A program made the position numbers and the translations under genes. Under the pieces are notes generated by a model, which was given only the letters and a program-made list of their open reading frames with translations, searched no databases and had not been told where the DNA came from. DNA of 57,009 bases, taken from assembly GCA_964014485.1 (NCBI GenBank), contig CAXHAT010000019.1, forward strand, positions 1-57,009. Direction: 5' to 3'. Below, piece after piece: positions 44,212 through 53,939 of the stretch; position 1 is the first letter of the stretch; each line of letters starts with the position of its first letter. This DNA is from an uncultured Deferribacteres bacterium (GTDB lineage: Bacteria; Zhuqueibacterota; Zhuqueibacteria; Zhuqueibacterales; Geothermadaptataceae).

Positions 44212-46251
44212 CTAGTCGATTTTGAATTCAGGTATACGACCGGCGTCAAAAACAAGAATTTGCTGTTCTTTACCCTGGGTCATCACGCTCAATTGCAAGC
44301 CGTTTGCAGTCTGAGCAAATTGCACTTCAGGTTTTTGCATTCCCGTTTTCCCGGGGATCAGAACCGTCACCTGAAGCGGCGCCATCGCCTCTTCCACCGT
44401 GCTCACTTCGACAAAGGGGTACATCTTGGCTTTCTCTTCCGGGATCGGCAACAACCCGGTCTTGAACGATTGACCATTTTTGCCAGCACTGAAGCCAAGC
44501 AGGCGCGCATGAGGTCGTGTTGTTCGAAACCCGGAAGAAGCCGCTTCGACCGTCGCCTTGCCGTCATTGTTAAACGCAAAGAATCGGGCCTGCATTTTCG
44601 AGGGTTTGGATGCCTTAATGAGCTTATCCAACAGAACGACCGCCGGCAGTTCATGCAGCACGATGACGGTGCGCGTCAGGCTCTTGATGTCAGCATTCAC
44701 TAACCGGTAACCCGGCGTGGCGTCGCTGGTCCAAAACAGATGCGTCGCGCGCTCACCCTTTCTCACGATGTGCGCCCAGGCTTTGGAAGAGTTGGTGCCT
44801 TCTGAGCCATCGACATATTGATGCCCTTCTCCATCGACCAGAACACCGGAATGACCGATAGTGTGGCGCATGGCCCAGGAAGGGTCGGTGTAAGAATAGG
44901 GCGGCCGATGCGGGTCGGACACCAGAAGCTCGCCAAAAGCCTTCAGGATAATACTGTTTCGATCGGCATGCTCATGATTCATCGGACCGCCGCTTCGCAG
45001 GGCGACCACCAGATCCTCTGCTTCGTAGCCGGTTCTGCCGACAATCCAGTCTAAATCTGCTTCGTAGATCTCCGGTCGAGCCGGTGGTGCATCCGAAGGA
45101 ATCTCAGGATTGTACCAGATCAGCGACCATTGATCGTGTCTGTAAGAGTGGTTTTTGCCAAGCCATTGCGCCCGCTGATCGTGAAGGGCGTCTGCCAGCC
45201 AGAAGGCTGCTGACGAGACGGCCCCACGCCCAACATCGCTGAAATTAATGACCTGATAGGGATCACGAACCGTTGGAAGCGTCAGTTGCTGCAGAAACTC
45301 TATGTAGCCCGGCCAATTGACGATGTCGGTGACGTCTTTGCCAAGGATGCGCTTAATCGGAATCATGCCTTGCAAAAGATGCGACGTGGTGTAATGCGCA
45401 TAGGAAACGCCCTCTTCGTAAGAGCCATCGCGTTCGAAAAGCTCGTCAAATGAGGCGAGACTAAAGGTCGCCTGCTCCAGCCAGCGTTTTGTATCCTCGG
45501 ACTCACCGAAATACCGGCGATACGTCAGCGCACCAATCGATATCGCCGAAGCGGGTATAGACTTCAGATTGTTCTTGTCCAGAATGTAGGGCCAGCGGGA
45601 GAGATCCCAGCCGCGATCTCCGGGGCGGTGATCGAAATAGGTGCTTTCAGGGTTGATGCGCCAGCCGGTCACGGTTTCAGGATAGCGCATGCCGTAGGTT
45701 GCGACATAACAAGGCTCGATTCCGCGTTCGGCCATTATCTTTAGCCAGTCAGTCCGCTCGTCTTCGTCGATCAGGTCACCCAGAAATTCAACGGTGATGG
45801 ACGTCGCAATCGCTGCTGCTGAGGCGCGCTGTAGGCCCATGACCTTGTCGCCATCAAGGAAATAGTCCCAAATGGGAAACTTCATGAGCGTACGCACTGC
45901 CTGGATGGCGAGATCGGCCGCTTCTCGCTTGCCTGAAAAGACGTAGTAGAACGACATCTCCTGCGCGAATCGGCTCAAGCGAGCAACGTGAAAAAGGTGA
46001 TCGTTGTAAACGACTTCCTCCGTCATGAATTTCTTTTCGGCTTCGATGTCCTTATTCTCAAAAGTGGCTTTGAGATCGGCAAACATCGGGTCAGATTGGA
46101 AGCGTTCGCGGATTTTTGGCACATCTTCACGGTCAAAAAACAAACCCGGTTGCTGTGCCGAACTGATCGAAGGCATGAGCAGGAGCAGCCCGACGGCAAA
46201 TCGGCAACTCAGGTTTCGCAGTGGGCGATTCCCCAGAGAAAAAGGTCGCAT
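44212..46251 (-). CDS. Sec-exported heparinase II/III-like lyase, paralog of 41913-43955
   Basis: Signal peptide ending SSA-QQ; DGSYEEGVSYAHY, NFSD, NHEHADRNS, HSGVLVDG; start ATG 46251 with GAGG RBS. Confidence 0.85.
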   Translation of the reverse strand: MRPFSLGNRPLRNLSCRFAVGLLLLMPSISSAQQPGLFFDREDVPKIRERFQSDPMFADLKATFENKDIEAEKKFMTEEVVYNDHLFHVARLSRFAQEMSFYYVFSGKREAADLAIQAVRTLMKFPIWDYFLDGDKVMGLQRASAAAIATSITVEFLGDLIDEDERTDWLKIMAERGIEPCYVATYGMRYPETVTGWRINPESTYFDHRPGDRGWDLSRWPYILDKNNLKSIPASAISIGALTYRRYFGESEDTKRWLEQATFSLASFDELFERDGSYEEGVSYAHYTTSHLLQGMIPIKRILGKDVTDIVNWPGYIEFLQQLTLPTVRDPYQVINFSDVGRGAVSSAAFWLADALHDQRAQWLGKNHSYRHDQWSLIWYNPEIPSDAPPARPEIYEADLDWIVGRTGYEAEDLVVALRSGGPMNHEHADRNSIILKAFGELLVSDPHRPPYSYTDPSWAMRHTIGHSGVLVDGEGHQYVDGSEGTNSSKAWAHIVRKGERATHLFWTSDATPGYRLVNADIKSLTRTVIVLHELPAVVLLDKLIKASKPSKMQARFFAFNNDGKATVEAASSGFRTTRPHARLLGFSAGKNGQSFKTGLLPIPEEKAKMYPFVEVSTVEEAMAPLQVTVLIPGKTGMQKPEVQFAQTANGLQLSVMTQGKEQQILVFDAGRIPEFKID

Positions 46252-46276
46252 GACGACACCTCGATTATGATTCACT

Positions 46277-48130
46277 TCACTTTTCAGTCTTTTCAAGCTT
46301 TTTGAAATCGAGAGAGAGTTCCTTCTTGCCGTGTGAAATCTTGAGCTTCTCACTGCCGTGATCCGCGTTCAGGTATGGGCCAGAGAAGAGTTTGTCGTTG
46401 TCGAGCTCATAGGTTGAACCATTGAGCCGACGGGTGTCTGGAAAGACAAACTCCATTTCGTCGTCGTGGATTGTCTTGTAAGCGACTTTGACCTCGTCAG
46501 GACTGAACACCGCTTCCGGTATTCGTGATCTGACAGCGGCGCAAAACTGTTCGAAGCTTCCCGCTTCTTCTCTGTTCTGCACTTCAACCACATACCCGTT
46601 TTGCAGTTCATGGCTGCGCAAACGATGGTTCCGCAGAACGAGTGAGCCATCATTCGCGCGGGAAGAAGTCCCCTCGTTGAACGCTGCAGCGGCTTTTTGA
46701 TATTCTTCACTCCAAACGGCCGGCTGCAGGGGATACCAGGCGACGTAGGTATCGCCCGCTTTGCACAAGATCCACCCGGAATCGTCCAGAATGCGCTCGT
46801 CCAGATTTGCCGGAAAGAAGCCGTCGATATGTTCAGACGTCGTCCCGGCCGGGATGTCATACAGCGCAAGAAGAGTGCTTTTGTACTGAAATGTCCGCTC
46901 AAAGGGGGAGCCGCCAGTCCATTTATCTGGATTGTTGTAGGTCGTTTTGGAAGCTGTAATCGCCGCCATCACCGTTTTCATCTCTTCCGGAAAAAACATG
47001 CCGATTTCGTAGATAGACCAATACGGGTGCAGACCAAAAATCATCGAAGTCGGTCGCCCGTGACGATATTTGACGCTCCAGGTCAATTGCTGGATCGGTT
47101 GCAGCATACCGCCGTGCAGCGACCCCAGGGCATAATCTTGCGTCATGTAGGTTGTCTTGAAGACCTTGGGATTGCGTTCTTCACCGTAGCGAATGACGTG
47201 TCTCACCCTTTTTATCTCGCGGTGAACATAGGGTTTACTCCGGTCGGTTGCGATCTGATAGATAATTTCTGGCATTCGGTAGGAGGTGAGGAGTGGATAG
47301 AGCATCCAGCCGCTGCGCTGAGGTGCGCCCGTAGCGAAATAGAAGTAGGCGATCGTCGAAGCCCCACAAAATTTCGGCTGCATGAGATTGCGCTCGTAAA
47401 TGCGACTATGGCCGCCGGCATAGAGCTGATCGATATGCTCCACCGCGTAATCGGCCAAAAGATAGTCTGTGAGCATCTCGCCGCGCTTCCGCATCTCCGG
47501 GTCTGTTGAGAATTCCGCCAGCAGGGTGCTTGCGATAAGAAACATGTGCAGATAATCGGGTGAATCAAACTCCCCCTGACCGATGGTTGTCGTCAGCTTG
47601 ATCCAGTGAATGAGATACTCTTTCGACTCAGCGGCTTTTTCGGAGGACGAGGCGCCGTCAAACCAGGTGTTGCCCGCTTCTCCGGGCCACTGTTCCGCCG
47701 CGAGCAGCAGGCAGGTGTAGTACAGAGCCCAATGGTTTTCAGTATCTCCTCGACTTGGCGCATAGGTGCGCCACGCTTCACGAACAGCTTTTCGCGTTTT
47801 CGCGGACATTTTGTCTTTACCAAGAAGGTAGCAGCCGATCACCCGGTACATCCAGAACATGTCGCCCCGAGGCTCCTGCAGCAGCTTTTCAAACATCTCG
47901 TCTGCAAGTTTGACATTGTTGCCGGTGGCATATCGCGCGGCGATGACGTTGTAGTTGACCATCTTCGACGAGTCATAGAGGGAAATAAACCACGCCCTGC
48001 GCTTCTCGAACTCTTTCTGATAGGATGATTGGAGAACAGTGCTCGCATGGGACATGGCAGGTGATCCGATTAGAAATAAAAGGGCGACGATGACGAATTG
48101 CGTTGAGATATTTTGTTTAAGCCTGGGCAT
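46277..48130 (-). CDS. Exported hypothetical protein with helical N-domain and beta C-domain, candidate carbohydrate-active enzyme
   Basis: Signal peptide; DTENHWALY, GQGEFDSPDY, GGHSRIY motifs; embedded among lyase genes. Confidence 0.6.
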   Translation of the reverse strand: MPRLKQNISTQFVIVALLFLIGSPAMSHASTVLQSSYQKEFEKRRAWFISLYDSSKMVNYNVIAARYATGNNVKLADEMFEKLLQEPRGDMFWMYRVIGCYLLGKDKMSAKTRKAVREAWRTYAPSRGDTENHWALYYTCLLLAAEQWPGEAGNTWFDGASSSEKAAESKEYLIHWIKLTTTIGQGEFDSPDYLHMFLIASTLLAEFSTDPEMRKRGEMLTDYLLADYAVEHIDQLYAGGHSRIYERNLMQPKFCGASTIAYFYFATGAPQRSGWMLYPLLTSYRMPEIIYQIATDRSKPYVHREIKRVRHVIRYGEERNPKVFKTTYMTQDYALGSLHGGMLQPIQQLTWSVKYRHGRPTSMIFGLHPYWSIYEIGMFFPEEMKTVMAAITASKTTYNNPDKWTGGSPFERTFQYKSTLLALYDIPAGTTSEHIDGFFPANLDERILDDSGWILCKAGDTYVAWYPLQPAVWSEEYQKAAAAFNEGTSSRANDGSLVLRNHRLRSHELQNGYVVEVQNREEAGSFEQFCAAVRSRIPEAVFSPDEVKVAYKTIHDDEMEFVFPDTRRLNGSTYELDNDKLFSGPYLNADHGSEKLKISHGKKELSLDFKKLEKTEK

Positions 48131-48270
48131 AACTGACCTTTGCAGTTAAGTTTTGAATGAAATGATCACTCCTCGTCGAAACGGTCTCCGTTGCGACGCC
48201 TGTCTGAACGCTTTACCTCCAGGGGAGACGTGCATTTTAAGTTTACCCGACGCTCTACGGGTGTATTCTA

Positions 48271-48449
48271 CCTAACCCGGACAAGCCAGAATTCCCAAAC
48301 GCCAAATCCCAATTTCCAAATAAATCACAAATATCAAATTGCAATTTCCAATCCGCTCCGGTAAACAAGACAGCGCCTGGTTTGAGCTTTGAAATGTGGT
48401 GCTTGGGATTTATTTGTAATTTGAAGATTATCATTTGGAATTTAAGTTT
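48271..48449. repeat. Heptamer-periodic inverted repeat preceded by the 21-bp dispersed motif
   Basis: attccca-aacgcca-aatccca-atttcca-aata-aatcaca-aatatca-aattgca-atttcca mirrored by tgaaatg-tggtgct-tgggatt-tatt-tgtaatt-tgaagat-tatcatt-tggaatt. Confidence 0.75.
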
Positions 48450-48483
48450 TGCCAAAAAATGGCAGAAAACAACTCAACAGACA

Positions 48484-49524
48484 CTAATGCTCTTCAACCC
48501 GCAGCGTGGTGACATAACCATGATGAATGCCGGCATAGTTCCAGGTCTGGCCTCCGTCGGTTGAACGAAAGACGCCACCGCCAAGTGTCCCGGCATAGAC
48601 AATTTCCGGTTTCGAAGGAACAACCACCAGGGAACGAATATCCAGACGATCCAGACCCTTGTGGTGCTTTTTCCAGTTCTTGCCGCCATTGGTTGATTTG
48701 TAGACGCCGGTCTGGAAACCGCCGGCGTAGACGACGTCGGGATTTTGCGGATCAAAGGCAATTTCATAAAACGTGTTGTGTAGAACACCCGTATCGCGCC
48801 TTTCCCAGACCTGCCCGCCGTCCAGTGAAAAATAGAGACCATGTTCTTCCGTGCCAACGGCAAGAATGTCGGGGTTGACAGGATGCTGGGCAACAACACG
48901 TACGTGGCCAACTTTTAAACCCAGGCGGCTCCAGGTCGTCCCGGCGTCTTCACTCTTGAACACGCCACCTTCTGTTGAGCAGTAAAGACGCGCATTGTTG
49001 CTGTGATCCATGACGATTCGTGAGATGAATTTATCGTTTAGACTGTTGAGTCCATTTACAGAATGCCGCCAAGTTTTGCCATCGTCCGTCGTTTTGTAGA
49101 ACCCGTACGGCGTACCACAATAGAGAATCGCCGGGTTCTTGGGATCAATCACGACGCTGTTGGCTTCCGTTATTTGCCAGCCGCTCGTCACTTTCCACGT
49201 CTCGCCGCCATCCCAGCTCTGATGAATGCCCGTATGAGTGGCCATCGCCTGGTGGCGACCTTTCGTGGCTTGATGAAAATCGACGCTGTAAGCCCGGTTG
49301 TTGGGGCGTCCCTTGAGCTGCCAGGTTGTATCGCCGTCAACTTTCTGGTAAAACAGGCCGGAAAGCGGGGTTTTCATGCCCGTGTGGGCATGGGAAGTCT
49401 GTAAAGTCACGGCATACACAACAGGCTCTTGCGCATTCACTGGAGTGCTCCCAATGGCTAATATGACGGCAATTAGAAGACCAACCTCTGGAATTGCTCT
49501 CTTCGATGTTTCTTTTCTCAGCAT
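48484..49524 (-). CDS. Exported BNR/Asp-box beta-propeller protein
   Basis: Signal peptide; six S/T-x-D/N-x-G-x-x-W repeats. Confidence 0.88.
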   Translation of the reverse strand: MLRKETSKRAIPEVGLLIAVILAIGSTPVNAQEPVVYAVTLQTSHAHTGMKTPLSGLFYQKVDGDTTWQLKGRPNNRAYSVDFHQATKGRHQAMATHTGIHQSWDGGETWKVTSGWQITEANSVVIDPKNPAILYCGTPYGFYKTTDDGKTWRHSVNGLNSLNDKFISRIVMDHSNNARLYCSTEGGVFKSEDAGTTWSRLGLKVGHVRVVAQHPVNPDILAVGTEEHGLYFSLDGGQVWERRDTGVLHNTFYEIAFDPQNPDVVYAGGFQTGVYKSTNGGKNWKKHHKGLDRLDIRSLVVVPSKPEIVYAGTLGGGVFRSTDGGQTWNYAGIHHGYVTTLRVEEH

Positions 49525-49594
49525 ACTTTCTTTGGTGGTTTGGAATGAGGTTCTTACCGCTCGGGCGAGATGGAGCGACTTGTGTTAGCATCTC

Positions 49595-51718
49595 TCAGAC
49601 TCGCCGGATTTGACGTTCAATTCCCTGGCTTTTATTCGAAACTGTTATCTTCTCCTGGTCGAGGACAACCTGAACGAGCCCGTCTTTAGTCTCGATTGAC
49701 CAGCGATCTTGCCCCGCTTGCCACTGGCGACTCGGCTCGCTCGCTTTTCGAACGGCGAAGAGCGACAAGAAACGGCAGCTTGTAGACTTTTGTTCGAGTT
49801 CAATGTAAGGCTCGCTACGGGCTTCCAGTGGTTCACCTAAGCGATCTTTGTCGAAAGGCGCACGATAGGCATGATTGCGCAAAACAAGCTTCGAAGTGCT
49901 GCCGGGCGACAATGAAAAGACCGCCCCGTCCAATGCGCCCTTTTGACGCTCCACAGAGAAGAAGTTTTTTTGCAAAAGAGCTGGCGACTGCGCCGTGTGC
50001 CATCGCAGCGAGATAGGCTCTTCCTGAGGCAAATCGGCTTCGTCGAGAACGACGACAATGCCCGGAAACAGGTGCAGCACGGTTCGATACACTGAACGAA
50101 CGCCGTCGTAGGCGCGGGTCAGATCCATTTGCCAGCAGGAACCCTGCCTGTTGTCGAAGTCGGTGGCAAGGAAGCGCCCGGAGTATTCAGTAAAGTCGAT
50201 TTGATCTTTAGCGGCCCGGACCTGCGAAGTTGAACGCATTTCCCGCTCACCAAACTGCAGGACATTGTGCCCGATAATCCCGGCGTTGTAGTATTGCCAG
50301 CGCGTTTCATTTTCGAAGAAATCGGCTGGATATCCCGAAGGCGAACCTAAGTCGACGATCAGGGATTCACCAAAGCCATCGATGCAGACCTGCCCGATAT
50401 CGTTGTGTTCATGGTTTTCTTCGCGTCCGGCCTTGCCATAAACGACACAATCAGTCTCGGCAAGATCCCAGCTTGTTCGGCTTGAAACGGTCATGCCATG
50501 GGCGGCGAAAGCCTTTCCGAGGGGGAAACCCGCCTCCGGTGGTTTCGCCGGAACCCGATCGTCGTACCAGAGAAATTCAAAGGGATCGGCGCTCTCCTTT
50601 GCGTGGTGCAAATAGAACCATTGCAGGAGCGGATCGCGTGTGGCACTGGCGACGGCTGTGAAAAACCGCACTTCCGGCGGCTGCGCGTGACTGTCGCCAA
50701 ATTTCGCGACGCGTCCGGGGGGAAGCGTGTTGTACATCATCCAGCGGCAGGTTTGCGGAAAGGGCTTGGCGGCAAGTCTGTTTTCTCCGCCTGAAGACCA
50801 GTACAGTTGAATCATGTAGTAGGCCGCCGGTAATCGAGTGGCATTTGAATAGGCAACCGACTCATTGAATTCGCCGTCGTCGCCGTAAGTTCGCATGTAG
50901 GCGTCCATCTTTTCCTGCGAATAGGCGATCAAGCGCTTCGCATCGGGGTGTTCGTGCTCCAAAACCATCCCGGCAACGCCAAGTCCGCCAACGATGACGG
51001 TGAGCCAATTATTCATATCATGCACCCACCACGGATCCTGATCCAGAGAACTCAGGTAAGGTTGAATGCCGCAACGGTCAAGTCCTTCCACAACGAACTC
51101 GCGTTCACTCTTTGAAAGGGAAAGGTAGAGCCAATCGTAGGCAAGCGCCACATCGTGCGATAACATGCCGGTGCGTAAATCTGCCGCATGACCAAAGTGG
51201 ACGTGAGACTGATCGATCCAGGCCTTCCAGGCAGTTGGATCAAACAGGCTTTCCATTTGCTCAAGAGCGACGCGCTTGTGCGCTTCTTGACCCACGAGCA
51301 GATGAATCAGAGATGATCTCAGAATGCGCTGTCCAGCGGCGTGACAGACGGTGTAGTCTGGATTATTGTGTTTCGCCGCGCCAGCCGAGCGTCCTGGGAA
51401 CATCGATGAAGGCGTCAGTGGGGCGGCATTCAGATCGAGTTCGGCCTTTTGCAGCAGGCGTTGCCAAATCTCCGCCGCGTAGCCGCCGGCGTCGATGCTG
51501 GCTCTGACATCGTTGATCGAACGGAGGTCGGGGAGACTTTCCTGGGTCAGCAGAATGCGTGGATGTAGCGCTGTCCTGGAAGCGGAACAGGCAAACTGTT
51601 GTGCCAGAGCAAGCCCAACTGCAACGGAGCCGGTTCGTTGCATGAACTGTCGCCGCGAAAGTGATCGCGGGGGACGAACTTGTGAGGACTTCATTTCATT
51701 CTGCATATTTATCGACAA
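49595..51718 (-). CDS. Tat-lipoprotein heparinase II/III-like lyase
   Basis: SRRQFMQ plus FAC lipobox; NNW, DGEFNESVAY, FGDS, NHEHNDIG, HNVLQFG. Confidence 0.85.
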   Translation of the reverse strand: MSINMQNEMKSSQVRPPRSLSRRQFMQRTGSVAVGLALAQQFACSASRTALHPRILLTQESLPDLRSINDVRASIDAGGYAAEIWQRLLQKAELDLNAAPLTPSSMFPGRSAGAAKHNNPDYTVCHAAGQRILRSSLIHLLVGQEAHKRVALEQMESLFDPTAWKAWIDQSHVHFGHAADLRTGMLSHDVALAYDWLYLSLSKSEREFVVEGLDRCGIQPYLSSLDQDPWWVHDMNNWLTVIVGGLGVAGMVLEHEHPDAKRLIAYSQEKMDAYMRTYGDDGEFNESVAYSNATRLPAAYYMIQLYWSSGGENRLAAKPFPQTCRWMMYNTLPPGRVAKFGDSHAQPPEVRFFTAVASATRDPLLQWFYLHHAKESADPFEFLWYDDRVPAKPPEAGFPLGKAFAAHGMTVSSRTSWDLAETDCVVYGKAGREENHEHNDIGQVCIDGFGESLIVDLGSPSGYPADFFENETRWQYYNAGIIGHNVLQFGEREMRSTSQVRAAKDQIDFTEYSGRFLATDFDNRQGSCWQMDLTRAYDGVRSVYRTVLHLFPGIVVVLDEADLPQEEPISLRWHTAQSPALLQKNFFSVERQKGALDGAVFSLSPGSTSKLVLRNHAYRAPFDKDRLGEPLEARSEPYIELEQKSTSCRFLSLFAVRKASEPSRQWQAGQDRWSIETKDGLVQVVLDQEKITVSNKSQGIERQIRRV

Positions 51719-51733
51719 GAGAAAATTGAATGC

Positions 51734-53380
51734 TTACTCTTCGATATCTTCAAGATAACGCGTTTGAAAAGTTGGTTGCTGGCCCGCCATTTTGAGAAAA
51801 ATATCCAGGGGGACCAGTTCGAAGTCTTCGGGCAGCCGATTCAAAATGCGCTGTACGCGCCGGATATCGCTCCATTGCCGCACATGCATCAGCAGAAAAT
51901 AAGGCCGCTTTGGATTCAGATTAGCCAATTCGATCAAGTCGGCAGCCGCTTCGGCTTCGTCGCGTTTCTCTCCGAGATAGTAATCGTAAGAGATAAATGG
52001 TTTACCGTCCCGAACTGTAAACGTGTGAGCCGGCCGATAGCCGTTGGCAAACCCGAGAACATCAGGCATGCGGTCGTAGTAGACGTCAACAATCTCTTTC
52101 GGAAGATCGTCATCGACGCCGTCCGACGCCCAATAGTTGGAGTGTTCCATGATTTCAAACACATTGAGATCCAGCTTCTGCATCAACGCATAGGCGGTAT
52201 CGACAAGCGCAGGCAATTTTTCCATAGGAATTGAGCGTGGATACATGTAGCCCGGCCCTGACAAGGCGCCGATGAAATAGTCGTTGGGCGTCGCTTGCTC
52301 ATAAAAGAACTGCATCATCGCAGGGGCGAGCCATGACCAGTTCATCGTCACTTCCCACGCGTAGGGGATTTCGCCTCGACCCGGCTTTGTCCAGGCGCCG
52401 AGGCCGAGACAATCAGTTTGAATGCAGGCGATATAGACTTTTTCCTGCGGAATGTACGCTTTTCCGGGTTTGACATTGTGATTGTTCCTGAAGGTAAAGC
52501 CTGGCGTGAGCGGAATCTGGATATTGAAGCTCATGTTTGGCAGCGTATGCAGCCCTTCAACCCGGAGACCATAGCTCGAAGTCAAGCTGACATGATCGGC
52601 TTCCTTGTCCTTTTTGTAGGAGTGCCATCCGAAAACAAAGGACATCGGTTCCATTTCGCTGAAGAGTTTCTTGGCAAAATTGTATTCGTCCTTATCGGAT
52701 GGTTTGGTCGAGGCGTCCGTAAAGAAAGCGCGCTTCTTGACGCCAAAATCTGCGACGCCGGGCTTCATGATCTTGCCCCATTCGCCGCCCATGTAGACGA
52801 GGTACGATTTGCTGCAGTCGGCCCAGTACTCGTCGTACGCCCAGGTGTAAATCTCATGATCCGTCTTGCCAACAAATTTTTCTCTGAAATCTTCGACTTG
52901 CTGCAGACCGTGCTTCTGCACGAGTGGAATTTGATCTTCAGTAACTACGACGGCCTGATGAATGCCAGCAGCCGTGAAGGCAACGATGAGAGAAGTGCGC
53001 ACGTTGGGATCCCAGACGATGTATCCCCGGGCATAGCCGGCCAGCTTATCCAGCGCCTGATCGGCCGAGGTCAAGGTCTCGAATGACATCTTTCTGCTGG
53101 TCTTGTAATAGTCGAGCAGAGGCTCGGAAAAGGTGAAGTCCCATTTTTCAGGATAGAGAAAATAGAGTTTTGGCTCTTCGCGATTAGCGATACCCTGCAA
53201 CGTGATCAGCAAGGCGTTGGTTGATAAATTGCCCTTGACTTCCCATTCGTCGGCCAGATGCATCACATACTTGGGATTCGCTTGACTTGCGCTCAGCGAA
53301 CTAGACAGGGCAAAAAACGTGAGGCAGGCGGCCATAAAGAGCCTGAAGACTGGAAAATGTCTATCTGAATGCGTTTGCAT
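51734..53380 (-). CDS. GxGYxYP-family putative glycoside hydrolase
   Basis: TLQGIANR, GYIVWDP, VFGWH, SGPGYMYP; signal peptide from ATG 53380. Confidence 0.85.
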   Translation of the reverse strand: MQTHSDRHFPVFRLFMAACLTFFALSSSLSASQANPKYVMHLADEWEVKGNLSTNALLITLQGIANREEPKLYFLYPEKWDFTFSEPLLDYYKTSRKMSFETLTSADQALDKLAGYARGYIVWDPNVRTSLIVAFTAAGIHQAVVVTEDQIPLVQKHGLQQVEDFREKFVGKTDHEIYTWAYDEYWADCSKSYLVYMGGEWGKIMKPGVADFGVKKRAFFTDASTKPSDKDEYNFAKKLFSEMEPMSFVFGWHSYKKDKEADHVSLTSSYGLRVEGLHTLPNMSFNIQIPLTPGFTFRNNHNVKPGKAYIPQEKVYIACIQTDCLGLGAWTKPGRGEIPYAWEVTMNWSWLAPAMMQFFYEQATPNDYFIGALSGPGYMYPRSIPMEKLPALVDTAYALMQKLDLNVFEIMEHSNYWASDGVDDDLPKEIVDVYYDRMPDVLGFANGYRPAHTFTVRDGKPFISYDYYLGEKRDEAEAAADLIELANLNPKRPYFLLMHVRQWSDIRRVQRILNRLPEDFELVPLDIFLKMAGQQPTFQTRYLEDIEE

Positions 53381-53387
53381 GTGTTCT

Positions 53388-53939
53388 TTACCTCGCCTTT
53401 TTTGTACGATAAAAGATGAGCTCAACCGGAGTCGGGCGCGTCGATCTTTGTACCTGGACTGTCAGGCGATCCAGTTTTTGATCCACCTGAAAATTCATTT
53501 CGGTTGTGAGTAGATGGTCACCCTGGGATGTCTGAACCGGTTGCTTGACAGACAGGTGTAAGTGACGATCTTGCACTTTCCAATTGCCCGTGATTGATTT
53601 GGCGCTTCCCTTCATGGCCAGAACGCCCATGTACCAATTGTCCGGCCAATGCTGTCGTTCTATTTGGATTTCAGTTTCAGCCCCGCCTGGTACGACCGAT
53701 AGCGAGTCGATATAAAAGGGCTCTTTACCGCGTCGCCACTTCTGCAAAATCTCCACACGGTCCTGCATCTGCTGAATTTCCAGAGTCAATTGACGATAGC
53801 GCCAAGTGGCCATATCTGTGCTTTCACTTACTTCGAGAACCCATTCTCCAAAAATGGATTGATCCGCCGGAGTGCAACTGACGAATGCAGAAGAAAAAGC
53901 GCCCAAGAGGACAATCTTTAAAACGTTCAGACCTTTCAT
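53388..53939 (-). CDS. Hypothetical lipoprotein (beta-rich, lipocalin-like start)
   Basis: Lipobox FVSC; IFGEW; ATGA overlap with the symporter. Confidence 0.65.
   Translation of the reverse strand: MKGLNVLKIVLLGAFSSAFVSCTPADQSIFGEWVLEVSESTDMATWRYRQLTLEIQQMQDRVEILQKWRRGKEPFYIDSLSVVPGGAETEIQIERQHWPDNWYMGVLAMKGSAKSITGNWKVQDRHLHLSVKQPVQTSQGDHLLTTEMNFQVDQKLDRLTVQVQRSTRPTPVELIFYRTKKAR

Noticed and set aside
48255..48564. Short ORFs, or a CRISPR array, over the heptamer repeat
   Set aside because: ORFs are translations of periodic DNA; no constant repeat with unique spacers and no cas genes anywhere in the window
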